A stretch of DNA of 55,499 nucleotides from positions 1-55,499 of the forward strand of contig JAHEJB010000001.1 of assembly GCA_024639085.1 (NCBI GenBank). Direction: 5' to 3'. A program made the translations under genes and the position numbers. The notes below the pieces were generated by a model. That model was not told where the DNA came from. It saw only the letters and a list, made by a program, of their open reading frames with translations, and ran no database searches. Source of the DNA: Rubricoccaceae bacterium. GTDB taxonomy: Bacteria > Bacteroidota > Rhodothermia > Rhodothermales > Rubricoccaceae. Shown here piece by piece: positions 8,604-20,031 of the stretch (within the stretch, counting starts at the first letter, position 1; each line of letters starts with the position of its first letter).

Positions 8604-11600
8604 TTACGCGGGTAGCGCAATTACGAAGGAGGCTCCGCCACTCTCGTTGCCTTCAAGCTTCATCGCACCGCCGTGGCCCTGGGTAACGATTTCGTAAGAG
8701 AGCGACAGCCCCAGGCCCGTGCCCTCGCCCGATGGCTTCGTCGTAAAGAACGGCTCGAAGATCTTTCGTCGCATGTCTTCGGGGATGCCAGGGCCGTTGT
8801 CGGAAATGCGGATTTCAACAGCGCTCGTGCGCCGCTTGGTAGACACAGAAACGTTTGGTTGATAGCCTTCCTCGGTCGTCTTTGCTTTTTCCTGGACGGC
8901 GTAGAAGGCATTCCCGAAAAGGTTGATAAGAACGCGCCCAATTTCCTGAGGGATGAGTTCAACCTCACCCGCGTTTTCGTCAAATTCCTGCTTCAAGTCA
9001 ATGTTGAAATCGACGTCGCGGGCCCTCTGGCCGTGGAAAGCCAGATTGGCGTACTCCTGGACAAACGCATTGATGTTCACTGCCACGCGCTCACTAGCCC
9101 CACCTCGTGAATGCTGAAGCATGGCATGAACGATCCTATCTGCACGCTGTCCGTGCTCGTGAATGCGGCGCGCGTTCTTTTTGAGGTCTTCGATCAGGTC
9201 GTTTACTTCCGGAAGGGCATCGGCCACAGAGCGCGAAGAATCGGAGCTGAGTTCTTCATTCAGTTCATCAGCTAGATCCACACTCAGTTGCGCGAAGTTG
9301 TTCACGAAGTTCAGCGGGTTCTTTATCTCGTGAGCAATCCCCGCCGTCAGCTGTCCCAGAGATGCGAGTTTCTCGGCTTGAATTAGCTGGGTTTGCGTTG
9401 TTTTAAGATGGTCGTGACTTTCCTCCAATGCTGTGTAGGCCTTTTCAAGTTCGCGCGTCTGCTCAAGTTCTGCCGCCTTTCGTTCGTTCTCCACTTTTAA
9501 AACTTTGGCTTCGGCCTCCGCCATTTCCGCTCGCATCTCAGCCTCACGGCGCTCGGCGCGAACTCGTTCCTGCGACAGAAGTCGTTCGCGTTGGAATCTA
9601 TCGGCAACCACGACGATACCAACGAAAAGAAGAGCGTAGAGTAGATAGGCCCAAATCGTACGCCACCAAGGAGGCGCCACACGAACGTGAACAGCCAACG
9701 GCTCCTCGCTCCATACCCGATCGGCGCTAGCTGCCTTTACACGGAGCGTGTAATTGCCTGGCGCGAGGCCTGTGTAAACAGCTTTGTGTTCGGTACCGAG
9801 GTCGCGCCATTCTTCTTCTAGCCCGTCCAACATGACCGCATATCGATTCCGATCAGTATCGCTGAAGTGGAGAGCCGCGAACTCAAACGTGACAACGGTG
9901 TGGTCGTAGTCGAGATAAATCGTTTCGGCCACTGGAGCGGCTACGCGCAACGCAGAATTCTCTCCAGGTACTACTTCCTCCTCAAGAATTCGGACACCGG
10001 TAAGCGAGACTTGTGGAGGATACGGGTTGGACGTTCCCGCTTGCGCCGGATCGAAGGCGATAAGCCCATCTGCGCCGCCAAAGAACAGCGTACCGTTAGT
10101 CGCTCGAAATGAGGCCTTGGTCAGAGTCCGAAGTCCAGGGGTTCGCTCGCTATCGAAAACGCGAAACGTTTCCGTTACTGGGTCGAACCGAGCCAAGCCA
10201 CGGCTTGTGTTCAGCCATAGAAAGCCGGAATCGTCCTCCACAATGGCCCGAACAGCATTGCCTGGCAAATCGCTGTTTGTTTCCGAGTATGCCCTAAATC
10301 CTTCAGATGGCCTGGCCGGGTTGAATCTATTCAGCCCTCCTTGTTCAGTCCCAATCCACAATTCCCCATTGGCTCGGGCGTGCAGTGACAAGATTGAGCT
10401 GTCCGAAATGCTCGTCGTATCTGCCGGGTCGTGTCTGAAATGCTCGAATGAAACCCCGTCCGTGTCATTAACAAGACGATCAAGGCCGCCTGCTGAACCA
10501 ACCCAGATGGTTCCCTCGGAACCTCCAACAATCGACTCAATGGTTTGATGGCTTAGGCTGGATGCTCGAGATGGATCATGGGAAATGTCACGTGATGACC
10601 CCGAGACAGGGTCAAAAAGAGTAATTCCTTTCTCCAGACTGCCAATCCAGAGTTGACCGTTATCGTCTTCAAAGATGGCTGAGACAACGAGAATGCTAAG
10701 CGGGACTCCGCGAAACGAACCGCTGCCTCGGTCGAATTCTTTCAGCCCCTCCCGCGTACCCAGCCAGAATTGCCCGGATCGACTCTCTTGTATGACCGTG
10801 ATATAAAGATTGCCACCATCCTGACTTCCGCTAGGAAGAAAATGCTCGAACGTGCCATTGCTGTCGGCCAACCGATTCAGCCCTTTTTCCGTGCCCACCC
10901 AGGTGGAACCATCGGATGTTTGGTTGACGGACAGGACTGTGTTGTTACTTAAACTCCCTGCTTGGTTGTCTTCGTGCTTATAAATGCGGAAAGAGCTACG
11001 GGCACGATCAAACCAATTGAGGCCCCCATATGTGCCAATCCAAAGCACCCCCTGGCGGTCGCTCAAAATGGTGCGCACGAAGTTGTGACTCAGTGCATCG
11101 GGTCTACTCTCATCGGGCAGAAAACTCGTCTGCCGGTTGTCGGCATCCAGCTTGTGTAAACCAGCACCGGCTGTGCCGATCCAAAGGCTTCCATCTGATT
11201 CCTCGTACAACGATGTGATGATCGTCGCGCCAACGCCACCCTCCAGCGTAATGGAATTGAAGGTTGCCGAAACAGGATCAAAACCTCTCACGCCTCCACC
11301 AAAAGTGCCTATCCAGAAGCCTCCTTGTTCTCTTGGCGAGATAGCCGAGATGATATTTCCTGGAGGGTCATCCAGCACTTCGTAGGCTACAAAGTTCTCA
11401 GATTCCGTGTCGAAGTGGTTCAGACCGCCACCGTCTGTGCCTACCCAAAGTGCCCCTTCTGCGTCGAGGTTCAAAGAAAGTACCCGATCCTGACTCAACG
11501 ACGACGCGTCTCCGTTTGTGTGCTTGAAGATTGTGAATGTGCCTTTTTCAGGGTCCAGGCGCCCAAGGCCCTCGTCTGTGCCTACCCAAAGTGTCCCGTT

Positions 11601-12047
11601 TGCTTCTTGTAGAAGCGCGTTAATGTCATCGTTTGGCAGACTGCTAGGGTCGTCGGGATTGTGGCGAAAGTGTGTGAACGTCTCAGTTGCCGGGTCAAAT
11701 CGGTTCAGTCCTCCGTCCGATGTGCCAACCCAGATATATCCATCGATATCTTCGAGAAGCGAGATCACTCCATTTGCAGAAATCGTCGTGCTGTCGTCCG
11801 CAACTCGGCGAAACTCCGTGACATCGTATCCATCAAATCTGTCGAGACCGTCCAACGTACCGATCCAGATAAATCCTCTTACATCCTGAAGGACTGCGTT
11901 GATTTTCTCCTCCGAGAGTCCATCTTCTACAGAAAGATGCTGGAAAGAGATGTCCTGCGCTGCCGCCATCCGCAGACCTGCCAGCCCGAGAGCAAGGGCA
12001 GTTAGCGCCGCAAATTGAGCGATGGAGAAAGAAGTGCCAGTACGCAT
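8604..12047 (-). CDS. sensor histidine kinase with periplasmic two-component-regulator propeller repeats and Y_Y_Y domain
   Basis: Many 'WIGT/WVGT..GGLNRFD' propeller repeats. Y_Y_Y-like region '[37 protein letters not shown]', a TM segment and a coiled coil. H-box '[12 protein letters not shown]', N-box 'NLFGNAFYA', G-boxes 'DNGPGIP' and 'GEGTGLGLS'. Start set at ATG 12047 (MRTGTSFS...), 10 nt after the upstream gene's stop. Confidence 0.9.
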   Translation of the reverse strand: MRTGTSFSIAQFAALTALALGLAGLRMAAAQDISFQHLSVEDGLSEEKINAVLQDVRGFIWIGTLDGLDRFDGYDVTEFRRVADDSTTISANGVISLLEDIDGYIWVGTSDGGLNRFDPATETFTHFRHNPDDPSSLPNDDINALLQEANGTLWVGTDEGLGRLDPEKGTFTIFKHTNGDASSLSQDRVLSLNLDAEGALWVGTDGGGLNHFDTESENFVAYEVLDDPPGNIISAISPREQGGFWIGTFGGGVRGFDPVSATFNSITLEGGVGATIITSLYEESDGSLWIGTAGAGLHKLDADNRQTSFLPDESRPDALSHNFVRTILSDRQGVLWIGTYGGLNWFDRARSSFRIYKHEDNQAGSLSNNTVLSVNQTSDGSTWVGTEKGLNRLADSNGTFEHFLPSGSQDGGNLYITVIQESRSGQFWLGTREGLKEFDRGSGSFRGVPLSILVVSAIFEDDNGQLWIGSLEKGITLFDPVSGSSRDISHDPSRASSLSHQTIESIVGGSEGTIWVGSAGGLDRLVNDTDGVSFEHFRHDPADTTSISDSSILSLHARANGELWIGTEQGGLNRFNPARPSEGFRAYSETNSDLPGNAVRAIVEDDSGFLWLNTSRGLARFDPVTETFRVFDSERTPGLRTLTKASFRATNGTLFFGGADGLIAFDPAQAGTSNPYPPQVSLTGVRILEEEVVPGENSALRVAAPVAETIYLDYDHTVVTFEFAALHFSDTDRNRYAVMLDGLEEEWRDLGTEHKAVYTGLAPGNYTLRVKAASADRVWSEEPLAVHVRVAPPWWRTIWAYLLYALLFVGIVVVADRFQRERLLSQERVRAERREAEMRAEMAEAEAKVLKVENERKAAELEQTRELEKAYTALEESHDHLKTTQTQLIQAEKLASLGQLTAGIAHEIKNPLNFVNNFAQLSVDLADELNEELSSDSSRSVADALPEVNDLIEDLKKNARRIHEHGQRADRIVHAMLQHSRGGASERVAVNINAFVQEYANLAFHGQRARDVDFNIDLKQEFDENAGEVELIPQEIGRVLINLFGNAFYAVQEKAKTTEEGYQPNVSVSTKRRTSAVEIRISDNGPGIPEDMRRKIFEPFFTTKPSGEGTGLGLSLSYEIVTQGHGGAMKLEGNESGGASFVIALPA

Positions 12048-12057
12048 TGCGTGGTGG

Positions 12058-13485
12058 TTAGACGGAGGCTTTGGCAGTGCCTGCCATGCGTAGACGCTCA
12101 AGTTCGGCAGCGGCTTCGTCGGAAACGGACGTGAATCGGATCGTCAGCATCGGACCTCCGACACTCGTTGTTTCGGCCTCCACAACCTTCGCGTAGACAT
12201 CTTCCAGCATGCCATCCGATTCAATCGGGATGGTCAGCTTGATGTCTGTTCGTTCCGCTACCGGCTGGGCCGTAAGCACTACGGCCTGGTTTGGCGATAG
12301 CCGGACCATCTGGGCTTTGAGTTCCCCATCTACAATCTCCTTCCCATCTAGAGGAGTGTAGGTGCAGGCTAAAGGAACGGTGAGCGCCGTAAGTGGGTCG
12401 GCCGTCGTCACCGGCACGTCGAGATTGTATTCGCCGCCCACCCCCACCACGAAATGTACAAGGATGCGTTCTACAAAGCCTTTCATCGCCACTTCCTGGG
12501 AGGTGCCGAGCCGGACATGATCGCCGACTTTGTCCTTGGTCGTTGTTGAAATCACAACTTCGCCGGAAGCGGCCAATGCCTGAATCCTACTGGTCAGGTT
12601 AACTGGGCTTCCGACTACGCCGTATTTCGCACGTTTCTCAGATCCGATGTTGCCTACGACTACCTCGCCCGTGTTCACAGCTATGCCCATCTCCAGATCC
12701 GGTAGATCTCTTTTTGACATCTTCGTGTTTACATCCTTCATGGCGCATTGCATTGCCACCGCGCACGCGACTGCGCGTTCAGCGTGATCCGTACGGGGAA
12801 TAGGCGCGCCAAATATGACGAGGATTGCGTCGCCAATGAACTCGTCAATTGTACCGCCGTATTCGTCGATGACCTCCGTCATTCTACCGAGATATACGTT
12901 GAGGAGCTCTACAACGCGCTCAGGCTCGAGTCGCTCCGAGAGGGCAGAAAAGCCGCTAAGGTCGCTCATTAGCACGCTCACTTCTCGGCGTTCACCGCCT
13001 AGCGCAAGAGAATCCGTGTCCGCTAGAACGGCTTGCGCGACTTCATCGGAGAGATAGCGCCCAATAGCTTCGCGGACGAAAACTGCCTCACGCTCTCTTG
13101 CCACTACCTCGCGGGCATTATTCAGCGTCACTTCAAGGTCCGAAAGATCGATGGGCTTGGTTAGAAAGTCGAAGGCGCCCTGGTTCATAGCCGTGCGAAT
13201 ATTCTCCATGTCGCCGTAGGCTGTTACGACAATCGCCTTCTGCTGCTGCTCGCGTTCTCTTAGTCGCCCTAGAAGTGTAAGCCCATCCATTCTGGGCATG
13301 TTGATGTCTGTAACAATGATCTCAATCTCTGGGTCGATATCCAGTTTTTCCAACGCTTCTACGCCATCTCCAGCGAAGTCGAGCATGAGCAAACCATCCC
13401 GCACATGCCGCCGGAATTTCTGACGGATGAGAGGAGCCAGGTCTGGCTCGTCGTCAACGAAGAGAATCTTAAACGCGGCCTCCAT
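12058..13485 (-). CDS. response-regulator receiver fused to class III nucleotidyl cyclase plus unassigned C-terminal domain
   Basis: REC: '[10 protein letters not shown]...[12 protein letters not shown]...TKP'. Cyclase: '[16 protein letters not shown]...[19 protein letters not shown]...[37 protein letters not shown]'. About 120 further C-terminal residues are unassigned. Start at ATG 13485 ([12 protein letters not shown]). Confidence 0.9.
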   Translation of the reverse strand: MEAAFKILFVDDEPDLAPLIRQKFRRHVRDGLLMLDFAGDGVEALEKLDIDPEIEIIVTDINMPRMDGLTLLGRLREREQQQKAIVVTAYGDMENIRTAMNQGAFDFLTKPIDLSDLEVTLNNAREVVAREREAVFVREAIGRYLSDEVAQAVLADTDSLALGGERREVSVLMSDLSGFSALSERLEPERVVELLNVYLGRMTEVIDEYGGTIDEFIGDAILVIFGAPIPRTDHAERAVACAVAMQCAMKDVNTKMSKRDLPDLEMGIAVNTGEVVVGNIGSEKRAKYGVVGSPVNLTSRIQALAASGEVVISTTTKDKVGDHVRLGTSQEVAMKGFVERILVHFVVGVGGEYNLDVPVTTADPLTALTVPLACTYTPLDGKEIVDGELKAQMVRLSPNQAVVLTAQPVAERTDIKLTIPIESDGMLEDVYAKVVEAETTSVGGPMLTIRFTSVSDEAAAELERLRMAGTAKASV

Positions 13486-13593
13486 TGGCCCTCCGTAATA
13501 ATGATGCGCTAAAGTAGCGGTCGTTCCACAGGCGTTCCAAGAGAAGGGCATCGCGACAGCCCTTGCTTCGAACCGTTATTGTTTGGTAAGGTG

Positions 13594-14691
13594 ATGTATC
13601 GTATGATAGCTCCCCTGCTTTTTGGTCGGGACCAAGGATTCTTCCCAGCTAGGTTCAATTTGTATTCAGTACGTCGAGTTTTACTATCCATTCCTCTACT
13701 TCTTGTTTTCGGAATCACGTCGAACGCGAGCACGCCGGAACGCGTCATTGACGGAGTAGTCGCTCTGCCACCTGATACGACAGCCGACTTGTCGTGGGCG
13801 GGACGCTTAATCCGGTTGCACTCTACTTTGGCGGAGATCGGTGGCCAGCCAGGCAACGAGGCGGCGTCTGGGCTTGTTGCGGCTGCTTTTGAAGATGCCC
13901 GCACGCTCGCGCAAAGTCCAGGTATGTTGGAAAGTGCGTCATTTCGGTCGATGTACCTCGATGCTCATCGGTTATATGAACAACACCATTACATGGTGGC
14001 TCCCATAGCTCTCTCCGGCGCAGAACTGAGCGTCTTGCGTGCGGCACAATTTGCTCAATTGGCGTCGGTCGATCCGACGTTGCTACAAGGTGTGGATCTC
14101 CGACAGCCAGTTGTCGAGCAGGAGCCCGAACGGGAACAAGAAAGCCTTATTCCATCGATTCTACGCGTGCCGGCATCCGCTGAAGCCGCAGTGGCCGCGC
14201 ATCAACGCAGGATAATGCGGCAGTATGGTGGATTCGGAGGGATGCGACGTGCAAGTCGCGGGTTCTTCCCAATGATCGCGCGCGCGCTGCGTCGCCGCGG
14301 TGTTCCTGCAGAATTAAAGTATGTCGCTGTCATAGAAAGCAGTCTTGATCCAAACGCAGAGAGTGGCGCTGGGGCTATCGGTCTTTGGCAATTCATGCCC
14401 GAGACAGGCGCGATGTACGGACTCTCCGAGGATGATTTGCGTAGTCCGTCACGTTCCACAAGCGCTGCTGCTCATCATTTGCAGCGTCTGGGCACTATGT
14501 TCAACGGCGACTGGCAACTGGCCCTGGCAGCCTACAACAGTGGGGGTGGTCGTGTCCGGTCAGCTGTCCGCCAAGCCCGTCGACGTTTGGGCCGGCAACC
14601 TACGTTCTGGGATATCTACCATCAACTCCCCGCAGAGACTCGCAACTATGTGCCAAAGTTCATTGCGACGGCGCGGGTGATGGGAAGCTAA
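13594..14691 (+). CDS. SLT-domain lytic transglycosylase (paralog of the gene at 2-1891, no LysM)
   Basis: 'ELKYVAVIESSLDPNAESGAGAIGLWQFMPETGAMYGL...LALAAYNSGGG...PTFWDIYHQLPAETRNYVPKFIA'. ATG at 13594 (the track's TTG is at 13579). Confidence 0.88.
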   Translation: MYRMIAPLLFGRDQGFFPARFNLYSVRRVLLSIPLLLVFGITSNASTPERVIDGVVALPPDTTADLSWAGRLIRLHSTLAEIGGQPGNEAASGLVAAAFEDARTLAQSPGMLESASFRSMYLDAHRLYEQHHYMVAPIALSGAELSVLRAAQFAQLASVDPTLLQGVDLRQPVVEQEPEREQESLIPSILRVPASAEAAVAAHQRRIMRQYGGFGGMRRASRGFFPMIARALRRRGVPAELKYVAVIESSLDPNAESGAGAIGLWQFMPETGAMYGLSEDDLRSPSRSTSAAAHHLQRLGTMFNGDWQLALAAYNSGGGRVRSAVRQARRRLGRQPTFWDIYHQLPAETRNYVPKFIATARVMGS

Positions 14692-15395
14692 AACCGTGTC
14701 GTAACCGCCTTGCGCTTCAGAGCGGAGAGCCAACGCGTAATGTCAATTTCCTTTGGACAGGCTTGCACGCAATTGAAGATCGTGTAGCACTTCCAGAGTC
14801 CGTTTGGGGAATCCACGATCTTGAGGCGTTCCTCTGATTCCTCGTCGCGGGTATCAAAAACGTAGCGATACGCCTTGAGTAGAGCGGCCGGGCCCAGATA
14901 GTCAGGATCGGCCCATGTAGATGGGCATGAGTGTGTGCATGCTCCACAGAGAATGCACTTCGTGGCTTCCTCAATGATCTCGTGATCCTCTGCGCTCTGA
15001 TACCGCTCTTTCTCGGGGGCAGGCGAATCGTTGATAAGCCACGGCATCACGGCTCGATACTTTTCGAAGAACCCGCTCTGATCCACTACAAGGTCTTTGA
15101 TCACGCTCGCGGCGGGCAACGGTTCAAACGTGAGCGTCCCACCTTCTTTGACAAGGTCCTGCAGGAGCACCGAGCACGCCAGTTTGTTCTCGCCGTTGAT
15201 CTTCATCGCGTCCGAGCCGCATACGCCGTGCGCGCAACTCTTGCGGAATGTCAGCGAACCATCGTGGTGCCACTTGATGTCCATCAACACGTCAAGCGCG
15301 CGGTCCATCTTGTCGGCCTCCACAGAGTAACTCTCCCAGCGCGCGGCATCGTCCTTCTCCGGGTCGAATCGTTTGATCTTGACAGTGATGTTCAT
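14688..15395 (-). CDS. sdhB: succinate dehydrogenase iron-sulfur subunit
   Basis: Cys clusters 'CAHGVCGSDAMKING', 'CILCGACTHSCP' and 'CVQACPKEI'. Lies immediately downstream of sdhA. Confidence 0.95.
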   Translation of the reverse strand: MNITVKIKRFDPEKDDAARWESYSVEADKMDRALDVLMDIKWHHDGSLTFRKSCAHGVCGSDAMKINGENKLACSVLLQDLVKEGGTLTFEPLPAASVIKDLVVDQSGFFEKYRAVMPWLINDSPAPEKERYQSAEDHEIIEEATKCILCGACTHSCPSTWADPDYLGPAALLKAYRYVFDTRDEESEERLKIVDSPNGLWKCYTIFNCVQACPKEIDITRWLSALKRKAVTTRF

Positions 15396-15400
15396 AATGG

Positions 15401-17140
15401 CTAGTACTTGCGTTCTTTCGGTTGAAAACGGGTGATAGTGACGTCCTTGTATTCGATGTCGTATCCGTCGTCTCCCTTACCGAAAAAGAGGGTGTGCTTG
15501 AGCCAGTTTTCGTCGTCACGCGAAGAGAAGTCTTCCCGCGAGTGGGCACCGCGGCTCTCTGTTCGGTTCTTAGCTCCGGCAGCTATTGCTTCGGCGTAAT
15601 CCATCATGAACAGAATCTCAACAGCGTCCATAAGGTCTGTGTTAAACTTCCTGCCTTTGTCTTCCACCGTGACCGACTTAACGCGGCGTCGCAGATCTTT
15701 TAGATCGGAAAGCGACTCCGCAAGTGTGTCATCGTTGCGGTAGACCGAGACGTTCTTCATCATCGTCTCCTGGAGGTCCGTGCGAATGGAGACTGCCTTT
15801 TCACCATCGCTACGCGCCATGATGCTCTCTAGCGTATCGCGGGTGCGCTTTTCCGGGTTCTCAGAGAGCGCAGCTTTCTTGTTATCGGCTTTGATAGCCG
15901 CAGCCATCGCCATTCCTGTTCGACGGCCAAAGACCACAAGGTCTAGCAGTGAGTTTGTGCCAAGGCGGTTGGCACCATGCACGGAAACACATGCGCACTC
16001 GCCGCATGCGTAGAAACCAGGCACAATGTCCGAACGATCGCCGCTACGAACGACCTGGCCATCTACGTTCGTTGGAATGCCGCCCATGGCGTAGTGGCAC
16101 GTAGGGGCAACCGGGATTGGTTGTTCGACCGGATCGATCCCCAGGTAGACACGGCTGAACGTGGAAATTTCCGGCAACTTGTGCTCCAGCACTTCCTTCC
16201 CCACATGCGTCATGTCGAGATGGACGTATTCCTTGCCGTTGATGCCGCGGCCTTCGCGGATCTCCGTGTAGATACACTGCGAGACCATGTCGCGTGGCGC
16301 AAGGTCTTTCACGGTTGGCGCGTAACGCTCCATGAAACGTTCGCCTTCAGAGTTCCGCAGGATGCCACCTTCGCCGCGTGCGCCTTCTGTTATGAGAATG
16401 CCGAGGCGGTACAGTCCCGTCGGGTGGAACTGGACAAACTCCATGTCCTGTAGCGGTACGCCTGCCCGTACGGCCAGCGCAAAGCCATCGCCGGTGCCTG
16501 CGTGGGCGTTGGAGGTCGTTTTGAAAACACGTCCGTAGCCGCCCGTTGCAAAGCAAACTGCCTTGGCGTGGAATGTGTGGACGTCGCCCGTCAGGATTTC
16601 GTACGCCACCACGCCGTTGCACGTGCCACCCTCTGTCATCAGAAGGTCAAGGACCTGGTACTCGTCGTAGAAGCGAACCTGCTTCTTGACACACTGCTCG
16701 TAGAGGGTATGCAAGATGACATGGCCCGTGCGATCGGCGGCGTAGCAGGCCCGGCGAACCGGCGCTTCGCCGAAATTGCGCGTGTGCCCTCCAAATCGTC
16801 GTTGAGCAATCTTGCCCTCGTTCGTCCGACTGAACGGCACACCATAGTGCTCCAGTTCAATAATCGTGCGCGGAGCATCTTTGCACATTTGCTCGATGGC
16901 GTCCTGATCTCCGAGGTAATCCGACCCCTTCACCGTGTCGAAGGCATGCCAAAGCCAGCTGTCTTCCTCTTCATTCCCTAAGGCCGCGCCAATCCCACCT
17001 TGCGCGGCGCCCGTGTGGCTCCTCAGTGGATGCAACTTGGAGACCACCGCAACATCGGCTCCTTCCTCAGCGGCATACAGCGCTGCCATCAATCCGGCGC
17101 CACCGGCGCCAACAATGACGATGTCGTGAGAGAAGGTCAT
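15401..17140 (-). CDS. sdhA: succinate dehydrogenase flavoprotein subunit
   Basis: '[15 protein letters not shown]', '[12 protein letters not shown]', 'HPTGL', '[10 protein letters not shown]', '[14 protein letters not shown]'. Start taken at ATG 17140 (the track's TTG is at 17176). Confidence 0.95.
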   Translation of the reverse strand: MTFSHDIVIVGAGGAGLMAALYAAEEGADVAVVSKLHPLRSHTGAAQGGIGAALGNEEEDSWLWHAFDTVKGSDYLGDQDAIEQMCKDAPRTIIELEHYGVPFSRTNEGKIAQRRFGGHTRNFGEAPVRRACYAADRTGHVILHTLYEQCVKKQVRFYDEYQVLDLLMTEGGTCNGVVAYEILTGDVHTFHAKAVCFATGGYGRVFKTTSNAHAGTGDGFALAVRAGVPLQDMEFVQFHPTGLYRLGILITEGARGEGGILRNSEGERFMERYAPTVKDLAPRDMVSQCIYTEIREGRGINGKEYVHLDMTHVGKEVLEHKLPEISTFSRVYLGIDPVEQPIPVAPTCHYAMGGIPTNVDGQVVRSGDRSDIVPGFYACGECACVSVHGANRLGTNSLLDLVVFGRRTGMAMAAAIKADNKKAALSENPEKRTRDTLESIMARSDGEKAVSIRTDLQETMMKNVSVYRNDDTLAESLSDLKDLRRRVKSVTVEDKGRKFNTDLMDAVEILFMMDYAEAIAAGAKNRTESRGAHSREDFSSRDDENWLKHTLFFGKGDDGYDIEYKDVTITRFQPKERKY

Positions 17141-17183
17141 AGGGTAGTTAGTTGTTGCTGGCTTGTGTTTGGACAACCATCAA

Positions 17184-17735
17184 CTAAACGTTGAGTCCGG
17201 CCACGATCACCGAGTACGATCCGACAATGAAAAGCACCAGAGCGAATGTCCACGCCAACGACACTGCGCCAACTCTGAGCATGTCGTTTCGGATGTAATC
17301 CGACAAAATGTTTGTGACGCCGAAGAAACCGTGGTGGAGCGCAAAGAGAAGGAACAACAAGTTGAAGCCTTTCCATAGCACGGCATAGACAGGGTCGCCG
17401 AGGCGAAGCATGAGCACATCGTACGGCGTAGCCTCCTGGCCCGTCGGTTGTGCTGCAGACGCGTCGGCAGGAACAACGGGGTTACGCCCAATGCCTCCCT
17501 GATTTAGACGACGCTGCTGGACGGCCTCGTTGGCCGCGTCCGAGTATTCAGGTATAACGCCTGCATCTGCCTCAGCACTTGTGATCACTGAATGCGAGAT
17601 GCTCGCGGTGGTTCGATCGTAGTGCTGTACCCAGAAGTGGGTTATCAACAGAAAGATCAAGAACGTCCCTGTAATGCGATGCGTGAACCACTGGAACGCG
17701 CTGCTCTTCGCTGAATGGCCGTACTTCTTAGACAT
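17184..17735 (-). CDS. sdhD: succinate dehydrogenase hydrophobic membrane anchor subunit (long form with inserted loop)
   Basis: Position in the sdhC-D-A-B order. TM helices 'ITGTFLIFLLITHFWVQH', 'VLWKGFNLLFLLFALHHGFFG' and 'VSLAWTFALVLFIVGSYSVIV'. The symbol is assigned by position. Confidence 0.8.
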   Translation of the reverse strand: MSKKYGHSAKSSAFQWFTHRITGTFLIFLLITHFWVQHYDRTTASISHSVITSAEADAGVIPEYSDAANEAVQQRRLNQGGIGRNPVVPADASAAQPTGQEATPYDVLMLRLGDPVYAVLWKGFNLLFLLFALHHGFFGVTNILSDYIRNDMLRVGAVSLAWTFALVLFIVGSYSVIVAGLNV

Positions 17736-17747
17736 GCAACGTTGGGA

Positions 17748-18146
17748 TCAGGACCTCAGGAAGTCGACGAGTGCAGCGATGCTTGGATAGCCGCCCACTA
17801 CGAAGAGCACGGCAGCTACAGCGCCAAGGGTCCAGAAAAGTTTCTTCTGGTTAGGGCTCCAACCCACAAAGTCGATGAGCACGATGCGGAGGCCGTTCAG
17901 CGCGTGGTAGATCACCGCGCCAAGCAATAAGAACTCTCCCAGTTTGAAGAGCGGTCCGTGATACTTTGTGATCAGATAATTATAGGCGTCTGGATCGGTC
18001 ATCGACTTGAGACCCCAAACATGGAGAATCAAATAGCCAACAAGGGCGAGGCCAGTCAGCCGGTGGAGCATCCACGCAAACATCCCTGTCCGGACACGAT
18101 ACCGTGTCATCGGTTTGGGCTGGACCTCTAGGACTTCCGAAGCCAT
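17748..18146 (-). CDS. sdhC: succinate dehydrogenase cytochrome b subunit
   Basis: First gene of the sdh cluster. Three TM helices with conserved His ('HRLTGLALVGYLILHVWG', 'VIYHALNGLR'). ATG at 18146 (the track's TTG is at 18158). Confidence 0.85.
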   Translation of the reverse strand: MASEVLEVQPKPMTRYRVRTGMFAWMLHRLTGLALVGYLILHVWGLKSMTDPDAYNYLITKYHGPLFKLGEFLLLGAVIYHALNGLRIVLIDFVGWSPNQKKLFWTLGAVAAVLFVVGGYPSIAALVDFLRS

Positions 18147-18233
18147 AAACTGAATCAAAGACTGCTGAATTGGGCGAGCAAGTTAACGCAGCAGACATAG
18201 CGACGCACGAACCTGATCCGTCGACACAAAGAC

Positions 18234-18266
18234 GAAAAAGGCAGCCGCGAAGAGATCACAGCTGCC
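18234..18266 (-). terminator. putative intrinsic terminator or attenuator between gltA and sdhC
   Basis: On the minus strand, GGCAGC-(15 nt)-GCTGCC is followed by TTTTT. On the plus strand this reads aaaaa GGCAGC ... GCTGCC at 18235-18266. Confidence 0.45.
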
Positions 18267-18296
18267 GAAGAAAAGAACTTGGTTTTTCCGATTCGC

Positions 18297-19463
18297 CTAC
18301 CGCTCACCAATTGGCTTCACGGTCTTGTCGCGTGGCCCGATATATCCAGCACGAGGACGAATGAGGCGGTTCTCTTCCCACTGTTCGAGCAGGTGTGCGG
18401 TCCAGCCCGTCATGCGGCTAACTGCGAAGATGGGCGTGTAGAGATCCCGCTCGATTCCAAGGAGGTAGTAGACCGAAGCAGAGAAGAAATCGACGTTCGC
18501 GTTGAGGCCTTTCGCTTCTGTAACAGCATTGGCGATGGTGTCAGACATCTCCAGCCATTTGCGCTCGCCCTTCTCATCTGACAGGCCTTCGAGCATGCCG
18601 TGAAGGATGGTTGCGCGCGGATCAATCGTCTTGTAGACGCGGTGGCCCATCCCCATGATGCGTTCCCCTGCAGCCAGCTTTCGCTCGATATAGGCGGAGG
18701 CGTCTTCGCCACTGGCGTCAAGCTCTAACAACATTTCCATCACCTTGATGTTGGCGCCGCCGTGGAGTGGTCCTTTCAGCGCGCCCATAGCGCCGGTTAC
18801 GGAGGAATAGATGTCTGAGAGCGTCGAGCCAATCACGCGAGCCGTAAACGTGGAAGCATTCAAACCATGCTCGGCGTGGAGGACGAGCGCCGCGTCCATA
18901 ATCTCTTCGGCCGCTGGCCCAGGCTCCTCGCCGTTCAGCATGTAGAGGAAATCAAACGCAATCGAACCCTCCTGCTTTGGAGCGACGGGCTGGAGACCCT
19001 TTCGAACGCGATCAAACGCCGCAACAAGCGTTGGCAGCTTCGCCGTCAGCCGAATCGACTTGCGCATGTTGGCTTCCGGGCTGTCGTCCTCAGCCTCCTC
19101 GTCGTACAGCCCTAGCATCGAAATAACCGTCCGCAACGCGGACATTGGAACAGCGTCATTCGGCGTATGATGGCGCAGGTGGTCGATGATGTCTGGATGT
19201 ACAGGCCGCTCTTCGCGAAACTGCCTATTCAGTTCATCAAGCTGGCTCTGTTTGGGCATCTCACCGTTCCACAGCAGGTAGGCGACTTCTTCGAACGATG
19301 CATTCTTGGCTAGGTCGCTGATTTCGTAGCCACGGTAGAGGAGAACACCTTCCTGCCCGTCGATAAAAGAGAGCTCGGTCTCAAGCGCAAGTACGCCCTC
19401 GAGGCCCTTCACTAGTTTTGGGGCCTCTCCATTGGCCGTTTGCGCAGAGGCTGGATTGGACAT
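18297..19463 (-). CDS. gltA: citrate synthase (short, type-I-like form)
   Basis: 'LLYRGYEI.DL', 'LVLHAEHGLNASTFTARV', 'GPLHGGAN', 'GMGHRVYKTIDPRA', 'NVDFFSASVY'. Confidence 0.93.
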   Translation of the reverse strand: MSNPASAQTANGEAPKLVKGLEGVLALETELSFIDGQEGVLLYRGYEISDLAKNASFEEVAYLLWNGEMPKQSQLDELNRQFREERPVHPDIIDHLRHHTPNDAVPMSALRTVISMLGLYDEEAEDDSPEANMRKSIRLTAKLPTLVAAFDRVRKGLQPVAPKQEGSIAFDFLYMLNGEEPGPAAEEIMDAALVLHAEHGLNASTFTARVIGSTLSDIYSSVTGAMGALKGPLHGGANIKVMEMLLELDASGEDASAYIERKLAAGERIMGMGHRVYKTIDPRATILHGMLEGLSDEKGERKWLEMSDTIANAVTEAKGLNANVDFFSASVYYLLGIERDLYTPIFAVSRMTGWTAHLLEQWEENRLIRPRAGYIGPRDKTVKPIGER

Positions 19464-20031
19464 AGCAAGTAGTGGGGATGGGTGTTTGGCGAAGTTCGCT
19501 CGATTATAGGATCAAAGTATAGCTATCCAACTCAGCGACGAAAGATGTGTTCAGGCGGAGTTCGTGCGAAACTTGCGAAGGTTGAACGGAGTCTGAGGGG
19601 CAATGGTGTGTGGAGGCTCCACGCCATTGCGGCGGAGACGGCGGTTTCGTAGCTTCTCGGAGGCATTTTCTGCCTCTCTGACCAATTTTGTCCGCGTATT
19701 GTGGGCACCCCCACCGCTGAGTCAAATCGTCTCACGGAACCGTTTTAGCGCTCTTTGGCGCCAATTACACATCGCCCCCTCTTTCTGGCGAAGACATTTC
19801 GCCTCATGGCCGGGCACGCATCAACCCCGATGCAACTCATTCCCTTTTTATTTCGCGCGTTTGTCGGCTGGCTGACCCCGCCTCCGGCTCTTCTGCCAGT
19901 GGCTGTACTGCCCCAGCAAACGTGCTTTTCTGCGCCCGCCGCTTTTCAGCGACGCGACGCTCTGGTATCTGGCTGCCTATCTGTTTTCCGCGCCACCAGA
20001 GTATCTGCGCAATCGCGCCTTACAACCACTC

